A DNA stretch of 63,963 nt, filler included, from a candidate division TA06 bacterium SM23_40 (GTDB lineage Bacteria > LJUI01 > SM1-40): NCBI GenBank assembly GCA_001303705.1. It is 5 parts of 5 records of this genome, joined end to end, with 100 filler letters (N's around TTAATTAATTAA, not from the genome) between each part and the next. Parts side by side here need not be neighbours in the genome. Positions count along the whole stretch, not along the records: positions 1 to 13,081 come from LJUI01000069.1; 4 more parts are not named here. One strand, written 5' to 3'. The translations under genes were made by a program, and so were the position numbers. The first letter of the stretch is position 1. The number at the start of each line of letters is the position of its first letter. Below, piece after piece: positions 1 through 9,285 of this stretch. Under the pieces are notes generated by a model. It did not search any database. It was not told the DNA's origin and was given only the letters and a program-made list of their open reading frames with translations.

Positions 1-1764
1 ATGGATGACGACACCCGATATCCCATCCACCTTCACGCCGGCGACAGCGGCCTCGCCCGGCAGGTGGTCTCCGATCAGGAGTCTCGGCTCGGGGGCGCGA
101 GGCATCACTCCCAGCTGCCGCAATACCCGCCCGGGCCAGAGCACCCCGCTCCCCACGTCGGCGAGAAGCTGATCCACCGCCGCATACTCGAGCTCCGCAG
201 CAGCCTGGCGGAGGTCCTTCATCTGGAGGCGGTGCCCGAGCCTCTCCGCCTCCTCCTCGAGTAACGCCCGGCCGCGCCGCGAATGTTCCTCCGCCTCGAG
301 CTCGCGGAAGTGGGCCCGCAGCTTGCTCCGTGCCTTGGAGGTCCGCACGATGCCGAGCCAGTCCCTGCTCGCCCGGACGGCGGGTGCAGTGATGATCTCG
401 ACCGTGTCCCCGCTCTTGAGCTCCGCGGAGAGGGGCATCATCTTGCCGTTCACTTTCGCGCCGATGCATCCAAACCCGACATCGGTGTGGACGGCGAACG
501 CGAAGTCGATGGGCGTCGCGCCCAGGGGAAGACGCTTCAGATCTCCCTTGGGTGTGAAACAGAAGACCTCATCCCGGAACAGATCGATCTTGAGCATCTC
601 CATGAATTCGCGGGAATCGATCTGATCCTGGAGCCAGTCGATCGTCCCCTTCAACCACGCGAACTGTTCCAGCACTCCTTCGCGGCGTCTGCCCGGCTCT
701 TTGTACTGCCAGTGGGCCGCGATCCCCACGTCTGCCCGTTCCTGCATCGCCTTCGTGCGTATCTGTATCTCGACGAGCCTGCCGCCGGGCCCGGCAACGG
801 TAGTGTGGAGGGCCTGGTACATGTTCGACTTGGGGGTGGCGATATAGTCCTTTATCCGCTCGGGGACGGGGAGCCAGAGTGAGTGGACGATGCCGAGAGT
901 ATGGTAGCAATCCCGTATCGTCTCGACGATGACACGTATGGCGAATAGATCATAGATCTCCTCGAATGGTTTCCCGCGGGTCCGCATCTTGCGCCAGACA
1001 CTGAAGATGTGCTTCGGCCTCCCGGTGATGGTGGCTGCGATCCCGGCCTCCTGGAGGGAGTCGAGGAGCGGCTCGCGGACCGATGCGATGTACGCCTCGC
1101 GCTCCCGTCTCGTCTCCCCCAGCTTCTGGGCTACCTCTTCGTAGGCCTCGTGGTCGAGGACCTTGAGCGCCAGATCCTCCAGTTCCCATTCGACCCGGGA
1201 GATCCCCAGCCGGTGGGCCAACGGTGCATAGACATCGAGCGTCTCCGTCGCCACCTCCACAGCGCGCTCGGGCTCCAGATAGAGTGCGGTGCGCATGTTG
1301 TGGAGGCGGTCTGCGAACTTGATCAGCACCACGCGGATGTCCTCGGCCATCGAGAGGAACATCCGCCGGAAATCCTCCATCTGCTGTTCTTCGCGAGTGG
1401 CGACGCGGAGCGAGGCGACACGCGTCACCATCTCCACGAGCCGGGCGATCTCCTCGCCGAACTCCTGCCCGATCTCTGCGACGGAGGTCTCCGTATCCTC
1501 GACAACGTCGTGGAGCAGCCCTGCGGCGACCGTCACCGAATCCATGTTGAGGTCAGCGAGGATCCTCGCTACCTCGAGGACATGGATGACGAACTCGTCC
1601 CCCGACCTCCGCAACTGGCCCCGGTGTGCCTGTTCGCTGAACCGATACGCCCTCTCGACCAGCGCTCCATCGAGGCGCGGATGCTCACTCAGTATCTCTT
1701 CGACTGCGGATACGGACTGCACTCGATCTGCTCCGGAATTCCACCGATTATCGGCAGGATTCAC
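1..1764 (-). CDS. relA: Bifunctional (p)ppGpp synthetase/hydrolase, long RelA/SpoT homologue; 3' end runs off the window
   Basis: Not in the ORF track; translated by hand: HD domain AHRGQLRRSG...GLLHDVVEDT, KFADRLHNMRT; synthetase RPKHIFSVWRKM, RIKD, PKSNMYQALHTT; TGS LPLGATPIDFAFAVHTD. GTG start at 1764 is approximate. Confidence 0.93.
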   Translation of the reverse strand, partial: MNPADNRWNSGADRVQSVSAVEEILSEHPRLDGALVERAYRFSEQAHRGQLRRSGDEFVIHVLEVARILADLNMDSVTVAAGLLHDVVEDTETSVAEIGQEFGEEIARLVEMVTRVASLRVATREEQQMEDFRRMFLSMAEDIRVVLIKFADRLHNMRTALYLEPERAVEVATETLDVYAPLAHRLGISRVEWELEDLALKVLDHEAYEEVAQKLGETRREREAYIASVREPLLDSLQEAGIAATITGRPKHIFSVWRKMRTRGKPFEEIYDLFAIRVIVETIRDCYHTLGIVHSLWLPVPERIKDYIATPKSNMYQALHTTVAGPGGRLVEIQIRTKAMQERADVGIAAHWQYKEPGRRREGVLEQFAWLKGTIDWLQDQIDSREFMEMLKIDLFRDEVFCFTPKGDLKRLPLGATPIDFAFAVHTDVGFGCIGAKVNGKMMPLSAELKSGDTVEIITAPAVRASRDWLGIVRTSKARSKLRAHFRELEAEEHSRRGRALLEEEAERLGHRLQMKDLRQAAAELEYAAVDQLLADVGSGVLWPGRVLRQLGVMPRAPEPRLLIGDHLPGEAAVAGVKVDGISGVVIH

Positions 1765-2263
1765 ACGAATGGCGATCTCAGACCGTGCTCGGCCGTCAGG
1801 GCCGGTTTGGACGGTCTAGTCGACGATCTGTGCGACCACGGTCAGATGCCTGGTACCATCTACACAGACAGACATCCCACCGCGGGCAGGGGTCACATTG
1901 TGCTCCAGTCCACACTGTCTACGACAGCAGAGAGGGCCGAATACGGTCTCTCCGAACGTCTCTCCTCCCAAGAACCCAACCTGCTTGGGCTCTACTCCCG
2001 AATATCTATCCTGCCGCGGACTCGACCTGCTTACGATCTGCTCGCGGATATATCTCCCCACCCATACAGCGGCCGCGTACAGTCTCTGCCAGAATCCATC
2101 CGAGCAGGACCGATGCCGGCAGCGCGCTAATTTGACGACCGCTCCAGAACCGCTCCGGCCCCCGGGAATGGCTCGCTACGGCCCACTCCGGGCGAGTTGT
2201 GCTAAATGAGAAGCGCCCCCGCCGCCGATACATGTACATAATACGGCGAAATGGGGACGGCCG

Positions 2264-3979
2264 CTAGATGCTCTTTCCACGAAATCTCATGTCCTCTGCC
2301 CTGAGCTCCAGTCGCTTCTTCCCGCCGCGCCCGGTCTCGCAGGGCACGAATACGAGATCGAGCACCGGTTCACCCTGTCCCATCGCCCCCGCCATGTCGC
2401 CCAGGCCGAACCCTACGGACTGCACCACCCGATTCCCTGAGCGGACTTTGAATCTGAGATGAGATTTTCCGAAGGTGCGGGGCGATCCCACAAGCTTGAG
2501 CCCGCGTGCAACGAACCGGGGGCGCGGGTTCTGGTACCCGAACGGAGCGAACAGGTCGATCTGCCTGACAAGCTCGAGGTCGACCTCCCCGAGCGCTACT
2601 TCATCGTCGATCTCCAGGCTGGGAATGAGATCGTCTTCGCTCAGGACGACAGAGGCCATCTCGTTGAGCTGCTCACGTAACGTATCGATCTCGGCCGCGT
2701 CGATCGTCAGGCCGGCCGCCCGCGTGTGGCCCCCGAACGCGAGGAGGTGTCGCCTCGACGATTCGAGCGCCCTGGAGATGTCGTACCCGGCGATGCTCCG
2801 CGCCGAACCTCTCCCGATGCCCTCTTCGATTCCGATGAGGACGACGGGACGGTGGAAACGTTCGGTCACGCGCGCCGCGACGTATCCCAACAGACCCGTG
2901 TGCCAGTCCTCCCCGGCGAGGACTATGACCTTCTCTGAGGAGAGATCCACGTCCTGCTTGATCTTCTCCATCACTTCAGTGAGCAGGGCGTAGGCCATCA
3001 CCCGCCGCCGCTCGTTCTCTTGATCGAGTCGCTCTGCGATCTCGAACGCCCTCGCGTCATCCCTAGTGACGAACAACTCCACGGCGAGACAGGGCTCGGA
3101 GAGCCGCGCGGCCGCATTGATCCGGGGAGCGATGGCAGTCCGCACGTCGCGGCTCGTCAGTGTCGGCTGTGACTGGCCCGCAGTCTCGAGAAGGGCGACC
3201 AGCCCGCTCTTCCGCGTCGCGCTCAATATCTGGAGCCCCACGCTCACGAGAACGCGATTCTCATCCGTGAGCGGCACCACGTCAGCGATCGTCCCCAGCG
3301 CGACGAGATCGAGGTGCTGCAGGAGTTCATCCTCATGACGTGCCAGCTTCCGGTACAGCGCCTGCGCCAGCTTGAACGCCACACCTACCGCCGCCAGGCC
3401 CGTGAACGGATACCCCGAACCCGGGATTTCGGGGTCGAGGACAGCCACGGCCGAGGGGAGGATCTCCTGCGGCGCATGATGGTCGACGACGATGACATCG
3501 ATGCCGCGGTCCCGCGCCGCGTCCACGGCGTCGACAGCGGCGATCCCGCAGTCGACAGTGATGAGGAGCGTCGCCCTCCTCGCCGACGCCACCTCGAGCC
3601 CGGTCCGCCTCAGCCCATATCCTTCCCTGAAACGATCAGGAATGAAGTAGTCTGTTCTCGCCCCCACATCGCCCAGCGCGAGGCAGAGCAGAGCGGTTCC
3701 GGTGAGCCCGTCGACGTCACAGTCGCCATGTACGAGGAGCTGCTCATCGGCCCGCAGCGCCGCTACGAGCCGATCGGTAGCGCGCTCCATTCCGCGCAGC
3801 TCGAATGGATCGTGTAACTGATTGAGACTGGGATGGAGGAACGCTTCACCCTCGGCAACGCTGCGACACCCGCGACGCGCCAGCGCCCCGGCCAGAGGAC
3901 GCGCCATATCGAGCTCTCGCTCGAGTGCACGCTCCAGATCAGGCTCTCTCTGTGTCCGAACGATCCACCTGCGATCCAT
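2264..3979 (-). CDS. recJ: ssDNA-specific exonuclease RecJ
   Basis: DHH-family motifs HGDCDVDG, ITVDCG, VVDHH, LGTIADVVPL, PRINAAAR, GRGSARS, FGGH, APFGYQNP. Start taken at MDRRWIV. Confidence 0.95.
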   Translation of the reverse strand: MDRRWIVRTQREPDLERALERELDMARPLAGALARRGCRSVAEGEAFLHPSLNQLHDPFELRGMERATDRLVAALRADEQLLVHGDCDVDGLTGTALLCLALGDVGARTDYFIPDRFREGYGLRRTGLEVASARRATLLITVDCGIAAVDAVDAARDRGIDVIVVDHHAPQEILPSAVAVLDPEIPGSGYPFTGLAAVGVAFKLAQALYRKLARHEDELLQHLDLVALGTIADVVPLTDENRVLVSVGLQILSATRKSGLVALLETAGQSQPTLTSRDVRTAIAPRINAAARLSEPCLAVELFVTRDDARAFEIAERLDQENERRRVMAYALLTEVMEKIKQDVDLSSEKVIVLAGEDWHTGLLGYVAARVTERFHRPVVLIGIEEGIGRGSARSIAGYDISRALESSRRHLLAFGGHTRAAGLTIDAAEIDTLREQLNEMASVVLSEDDLIPSLEIDDEVALGEVDLELVRQIDLFAPFGYQNPRPRFVARGLKLVGSPRTFGKSHLRFKVRSGNRVVQSVGFGLGDMAGAMGQGEPVLDLVFVPCETGRGGKKRLELRAEDMRFRGKSI

Positions 3980-4296
3980 GATATTACCTGATGCGGTTCG
4001 TCGTACTACCTGCTGCGGACCATGCACCTATCTGGTGCGATCTACGGTCCTACCCTGCTGCGGCCCACGGTTCTACCTGCTGAGGCCCACGCCCCTACAT
4101 GCGGTCTATGGTTCTAGCTGCTGCTATCGAGGGTCCTACATGCGACCCATGCTCCTACGTGCTGCGACCCGGCTGCTAGCTGCTGCAACCCATAGTGCTG
4201 AATGCGATGCATGCTCCTACCTGCTCCGATCCACGGTCCTACCTGCTCCGATCCATGCTCCTACAAGCTGCGATCCACGGTCCTACATGCGATCCG
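3966..4296. repeat. Degenerate tandem array of about 15 units of 19-23 bp (mostly 22), consensus TACCTGCTGCGATCCACGGTCC
   Basis: Contiguous units read directly, e.g. tacctgctccgatccacggtcc, tacctgctccgatccatgctcc, tacaagctgcgatccacggtcc, plus 19-mers such as tacatgcgacccatgctcc. No spacers. Confidence 0.85.
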
Positions 4297-4447
4297 AAGT
4301 CATAGAATCATTTCATCCCCGCCCTCTCGCGCCCGGCTCTCCTTCCGCGGGGAACAAGTCTTTCGGGGCCGGTGCGAGGGCCCATAAGGATCAAGGTGCG
4401 CCTGCTCCCGTCAGGAGCGGCGCATCCTCGATAACGAAAAACGTACT

Positions 4448-4909
<462 letters not shown>

Positions 4910-4917
4910 ACTCAATC

Positions 4918-5487
4918 CTACTCGCTTTTGATTCCTTTGTCAATGGCCATATTGGCGAGCCTGTCCGCCAGCCGGTTCTCCTTCCGGGGCAGATGCGTAA
5001 CACCCCAGCTCGAGAATTTCTCCAGGAGCTCGTGCACCCGACGGAACCGTTCGCGGAGCTTCTCGTCCCTGACCCGATACTGTCCCCTCAGCTGGTGATG
5101 GAGGAGCTGACTGTCCGTCCGTATCGAGACAGATTCGGCACCGAGTGATTTCGCCTCCTGCAGTCCGAGGATGAGCGCCTCATACTCGGCAACATTGCTC
5201 GTCGACTCACCGATCGCCCGGCTCACCTCCTTGATGATCGCCCCGGAGGGATCCTGGATGACGACACCGATCCCCGCGGGACCCGGATTGCCCCGCGATG
5301 CGCCGTCCACGAAGACGAAGAGCTCCCGCCTCCCTTTTTGGCGCAGGCGCGTGGCGATGAGGCGGAGGAGTTCCTCGGCCTTGTCGGGGCTCATCCCCAG
5401 ATCGACTGCCGCCTGAGCACCCTCCTTCCCGTCTGCGAGCCGATCGAGGAGGTCGGGGAACTCTGCACGGCCTTTGGATCCGGTCAC
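4918..5487 (-). CDS. rnhA: Ribonuclease HI family protein
   Basis: FVDGASRGNPGPAGIG, NVAEYEALILGL, TDSQL, HLPRKENRLADRLAN; GTG overlaps the upstream TGA. Confidence 0.9.
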   Translation of the reverse strand: MTGSKGRAEFPDLLDRLADGKEGAQAAVDLGMSPDKAEELLRLIATRLRQKGRRELFVFVDGASRGNPGPAGIGVVIQDPSGAIIKEVSRAIGESTSNVAEYEALILGLQEAKSLGAESVSIRTDSQLLHHQLRGQYRVRDEKLRERFRRVHELLEKFSSWGVTHLPRKENRLADRLANMAIDKGIKSE

Positions 5488-6218
5488 GATGACCCACCCC
5501 CCCTCGTCTGCTCGTCCTTCCGCCAGACGAGAATCCTGCCGCAGCTCTCGCACGTGTGGATCTCGGCACCGAGCCTGATCTCGTTGAAGAACTGAGGAGG
5601 CAGTGTGCTGAAACAGCCCGTGCAGAGTGCCTTGTCAATGGCCACGACAGCGAGCCCTTTCTTCCCCAGCCTAATCCGCTCATACTTCTCGAGGATCCTC
5701 TCATCGATCCCCTTGACGAGTTCGGCCCGCGCTCTCTCCAGGTCCTCCACCTGCCCGTCGATCGAGCCGAGCTCCTCTTCCCGTTCGTTCTTGGTGGACT
5801 CGATGCGGACTCGCTCCTTTTCCAGGTCAGAGCGGTGCTCTTCGAGAGCGGCTGACCTTGTATCCCCCTCCTCGAGCATCGTTATGATCTCTTCTTCGAA
5901 GTCAGATATTTTCTTGTTCTGGTTCTCGATCTCGTGGAGCATCGCGGTATATTCCTTGTTCGTCTTCACGTCGAGGAGCTGACGCTTGTACCTCTTGAGT
6001 GTCTCGTTGGCACCTTCCAACTCGCGTTCCTGCATACGCCGGCGCCGCTGGAGGTCTTCGTACTCAGATTCCTCGCGACGAAGAGCCTCTTCCCGCTCCG
6101 CTAGCTCCGAGGTGAGCCGGGCGATCTCCTTCGGCAGCTCCTCCTTCCGTTTGACAAGCTCCGCCTGCCGTGTATCAACTTCCTGAAGGTCGAGAAGTAA
6201 CAGGAGTTGACGTTCCAT
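5484..6218 (-). CDS. Coiled-coil protein with C4-type zinc ribbon (DUF164/CT398-like)
   Basis: Long coiled coil, KTNKEYTAMLHEI, CTGC...CESCGRIL; usual neighbour of RNase H and rnpB. Confidence 0.9.
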   Translation of the reverse strand: MERQLLLLLDLQEVDTRQAELVKRKEELPKEIARLTSELAEREEALRREESEYEDLQRRRRMQERELEGANETLKRYKRQLLDVKTNKEYTAMLHEIENQNKKISDFEEEIITMLEEGDTRSAALEEHRSDLEKERVRIESTKNEREEELGSIDGQVEDLERARAELVKGIDERILEKYERIRLGKKGLAVVAIDKALCTGCFSTLPPQFFNEIRLGAEIHTCESCGRILVWRKDEQTRGGGSS

Positions 6219-6283
6219 TCAGCCCTCCTTCAGGGGGAGGATAGTATGCACGGAGATGCTGTTATGCGCAAGGAGGATAGTAT

Positions 6284-6315
6284 AAAAAAGGGGTGCATCC
6301 GGTAGCGATGCACCC
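6284..6315 (-). terminator. Intrinsic terminator downstream of tRNA-Val
   Basis: Minus strand GGGTGCATC-N7-GATGCACCC followed by CTTTTTT. Confidence 0.8.
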
Positions 6316-6430
6316 AGGCTTGAGGAGGCCTGTGGCCGCTCCACTCTATGTGCCATTGATCTGTGTTGTGTCATCTGATGCGGAGAGTTGTCCATTGAAG
6401 GGCGTATGGAGATGACGATACATATGACGA

Positions 6431-6507
6431 TGGTGGGCGGAAGAGGACTCGAACCTCTGACCTCCGGTATGTGAGACCGGCGTTCTAACCAGCTGAACTA
6501 CCCGCCC
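6431..6507 (-). tRNA. tRNA-Val(CAC)
   Basis: GGGCGGGTAGTTCAGCTGGTTAGAACGCCGGTCTCACATACCGGAGGTCAGAGGTTCGAGTCCTCTTCCGCCCACCA; cloverleaf with anticodon CAC and CCA end. Confidence 0.97.
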
Positions 6508-6952
6508 ACGCTTTTCGGGTGACCGGGCACAAGCCCCTCAGGCGCTGCCGCGTGCGCTGGGCTCCGGCGTCAGCGCGCCCGCTCCCCAGCGCGCCCGCTC
6601 GTGCGAGACGTGGCTTTGCACGCCTTGCGTTGCGCGCCGTGTTGTGAGCTCGCATTCCGCGTGAGTGTGAGTCCTCACGCTGTGCCGCGGCCTTTCGGCC
6701 CGCCTGCCCCCGTGTTGGGCATCCATGTGCGGGCCGTGTTCGCCCGTCGTCATGCGAACTCATGTCGCTCCGCGTCGCGCGGGCTCATGTTACCCTTCAG
6801 CAGAGAGGCTCGCCTTGCCCCTCATCATGGGGGCTCCTGCCGTACTCCGTGCCCACCATAACGAATTCCCCCGAGTTTGTCCAGCAGATTCTTGCGGTAA
6901 TTCGGAGGGACCCCGAAGGCCGTCGCTGCGTTGATCGATTGTCACGCACCCT

Positions 6953-7054
6953 CGTGACCCACAGCCGCAGGTGATCGGCACCCGCATGTCATCTGCAGCC
7001 CCACGTGATCGTTAGCCACGCGTGATCGCGAGCCGCATGCGACCGGGAGGTGCA
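6953..7054. repeat. Degenerate 17-bp tandem repeat, 6 units (about CGTGATCGNNAGCCGCA)
   Basis: cgtgacccacagccgca / ggtgatcggcacccgca / tgtcatctgcagcccca / cgtgatcgttagccacg / cgtgatcgcgagccgca / tgcgaccgggaggtgca. Confidence 0.7.
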
Positions 7055-7079
7055 GCGTTTTGATGGGCGACCCGAAACC

Positions 7080-7442
7080 TCACTTTACCTTCCGGTATTT
7101 TCCAACATCGCCGCCGGCCAATGTCAGAGTCAATTCGTCTTTTGAAATTGAGACCTTTGCGACCACATCTATTGGGCCTGCCAGAATGCCCAACCCACCC
7201 AATTGCAACCTCATTCTATCCTTCTCGATGAATCTGTAGTCACCTGTCCTAGTTGTCCCTTTGTCAACCACGCTCACTGTGCCATCCTTGAAAAACTCCA
7301 ATGTCTCTGTGCCATCAATCTCGCTCCATTTGCCTACAATGGCATCCTCTGGCTTTGATGAACATGAGGCCAACGACGCCATTATACAAGCAATGGCAAG
7401 CCAGCACATCAACTGCCCAAGGTGTCTTTCTGTACCTTCCAT
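7080..7442 (-). CDS. Small lipoprotein, lipocalin/DUF5640-like beta domain
   Basis: Lipobox SLASC, then IVGKW...TLEFFKDGTV...GDYRF; low GC relative to flanks. Confidence 0.75.
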   Translation of the reverse strand: MEGTERHLGQLMCWLAIACIMASLASCSSKPEDAIVGKWSEIDGTETLEFFKDGTVSVVDKGTTRTGDYRFIEKDRMRLQLGGLGILAGPIDVVAKVSISKDELTLTLAGGDVGKYRKVK

Positions 7443-7621
7443 GCTGAGTTCCTGATTGTAATTGGCTCTTGTCGCCTGGCGAATGATATGGGCTGCGCGA
7501 AAATTCTCACCGCAAGCATTCTGTCTCACCGAACCCACTTTCATGAAGCCACCCAAGAGCCTGCAACGACGCCAAAGGTTTTCACGTCAGGTTGGTTGCT
7601 GTTTTGGTGGCGCAAGTTGCT

Positions 7622-7960
7622 CTATTCGCTACTTTTTCTTTTCAGAGTCTGTTTTTCCCCTTGATATCCTTTGAGTTCAAACTCCATTTCATCATCACTA
7701 ATGAAAGTGACGAGATATTCAGCTTCTAAAGAGCCATCTTCCAATATGCTTAGAACTAAGGGTTCTTCATCACTCAGTTGCCATTCTGCTCTTCCCTCCC
7801 AGGACATAACAGTACCATCGGAGTTGAAGGTTACGGTTTCTCCTTCATTGCCCCCAACAGGATACCATACCCCCACAATCTTTTTTTGCGGTGATTCACT
7901 ACAGGAAACCACCAACATTGCTGATAGGAGTAGAATTCCAGATAGCATTGCTTGCTTCAT
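7622..7960 (-). CDS. Small lipoprotein related to the adjacent one
   Basis: SD AGGAGG, lipobox LVVSC, KKIVGVW...TVTFNSDGTV; low GC. Confidence 0.8.
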   Translation of the reverse strand: MKQAMLSGILLLSAMLVVSCSESPQKKIVGVWYPVGGNEGETVTFNSDGTVMSWEGRAEWQLSDEEPLVLSILEDGSLEAEYLVTFISDDEMEFELKGYQGEKQTLKRKSSE

Positions 7961-8213
7961 TAGTCATTCCTCCTTTGCTTGTAAACCGACAAAGATCCAG
8001 TGACACCATGTTCCCGCCTCACTGTGGTAAGTATGGTTTCCGCATCAGAGCCTTGTACCCGGCTGTGCAACCAGATCGGAATCTCTGCCGATAGTTGTGC
8101 CCAATCAAATGTCTATCTCGGACCTGCCATCATACGACGCCCCACGCTTCTTGCGGAGGTGTTGTATGGTATCTGCGTATGACCCTTGAGGCCGAATTCC
8201 CAGAACGAGCCGT

Positions 8214-8455
8214 CCGGGCAACGCGTAGTCGAATGCCGGTGATGAAAAACGTCGAGAACCAAGAAGCGACACTCCTTCAGCGGTATAGTCTGTCGCTCCC
8301 ACTCTGACCCTCGCCATGACCACCGGCTCCCTGATGAGGGACACCACCTCGGTGCCCGCGAGTTGCCGGCCTACGTCTTTGCCAGACTGAACGTCAACAG
8401 CTGGATTCGGGCTGTTAGCGTTCTCCACTGAGCCGAGAAATGCTCCACCGTGGCG
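8214..8455 (-). ncRNA. Candidate structured RNA or long leader, family unknown
   Basis: Begins just after a consensus sigma70 promoter; several hairpins and one 93-nt imperfect stem, with G-U pairs favouring the minus strand. Confidence 0.35.
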
Positions 8456-8461
8456 CTTGCG

Positions 8462-8490
8462 ATTCTAGAGGAGGTATTTCCGACTGTCAA
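8462..8490 (-). promoter_or_regulatory. sigma70-type promoter
   Basis: TTGACA-17 nt-TAGAAT. Confidence 0.7.
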
Positions 8491-9193
8491 CACGTTTTGG
8501 CTGTGATTCGCCCACACCGCTATGCAAGGCCAGCTTCACTTGTCCCGTCGAGTGCGCAGACCAGGACTCCCTGAGCTTCTTCTTCATTATGCGCGGCGCA
8601 TCTGAGGACAATCGCCACCCAACATCGCAAGACCTATCAATTCATATCTTTTGACGCGGCTCCATGGCCCGTATTGTTAGATGGATTCATTGCCTTGACG
8701 CTGAGTTCGCCCAGCTCTCGTGCCGTTCTCTCATGCCTTTTCTAGTCGCAGAACTGCCACACGGGTACCTGCTCCCGGAATTCCTCGCGCTCAATGTGAC
8801 GGTTACCTAGACCGACGGGAGTCTTGACTGGATCCTCCACCCCCTCGCCTTGCTTCCGACCGAGCCCCTCTACTCGAACTCGATTATCTCAGCAGACCCC
8901 GACACTGATCGAGGTCCTCAGGTCCCGCGCTCATCACCCATCACATTCTGGCCTTCTACGGATCAACCACGCACACCAGGAAGACCTGCTTCTCCCGTCA
9001 TCTCCATGCTTCAACTGGCCCTCCGCCTTCTCGACAATCTCCTCGGTGAAAATCCTTTCACGTTCCCGGCCATACCTCCGTTCCTGGTACTCCAGGCCTA
9101 CCTTGAATGCGAGTTGCCTCCGACTCCAACTGTGAAACCATCACTCGGTCTTCTCCACCGATCGCAATCGCAAGTACTAGTTACTATGGCACC

Positions 9194-9231
9194 GAAAGAG
9201 GCCCGCCCTTCCCCAGAACGGGGAAGAGCGG
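9194..9231 (-). terminator. Probable terminator after the beta-helix gene
   Basis: Hairpin CCGCTCTTCCCC-N5-GGGGAAGGGCGG with a weak T tract. Confidence 0.45.
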
Positions 9232-9285
9232 CGAAACGGACGACTTAGCTCTCGCGCCTATCAGCAGGCGCAATTCGCATTTGCA

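Noticed and set aside
1816-2061. 81-aa ORF or riboswitch upstream of rel
   Set aside because: No recognisable protein motif; the GGAGAGAC repeats lack the rest of a glycine riboswitch.
1-2130. Long plus-strand ORFs such as 1009..2130 (also 13195..14526, 37735..38964, 59554..60726)
   Set aside because: Antisense shadows of real genes in high-GC DNA, with no motifs.
8214-8372. Functional retron
   Set aside because: No reverse transcriptase in the window, and the G-U-rich stem would be weak as msDNA; kept only as an unknown structured RNA.
8617-8682. attC-like ACCCAAC...GTTAGAT
   Set aside because: R boxes fit but inner L-box pairing is poor and no cassette ORF is associated.
8930-9140. Minus-strand protein-like fragment LAFKVGLEYQERR...IFTEEIVEKA
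   Set aside because: No start codon and no assignable family.
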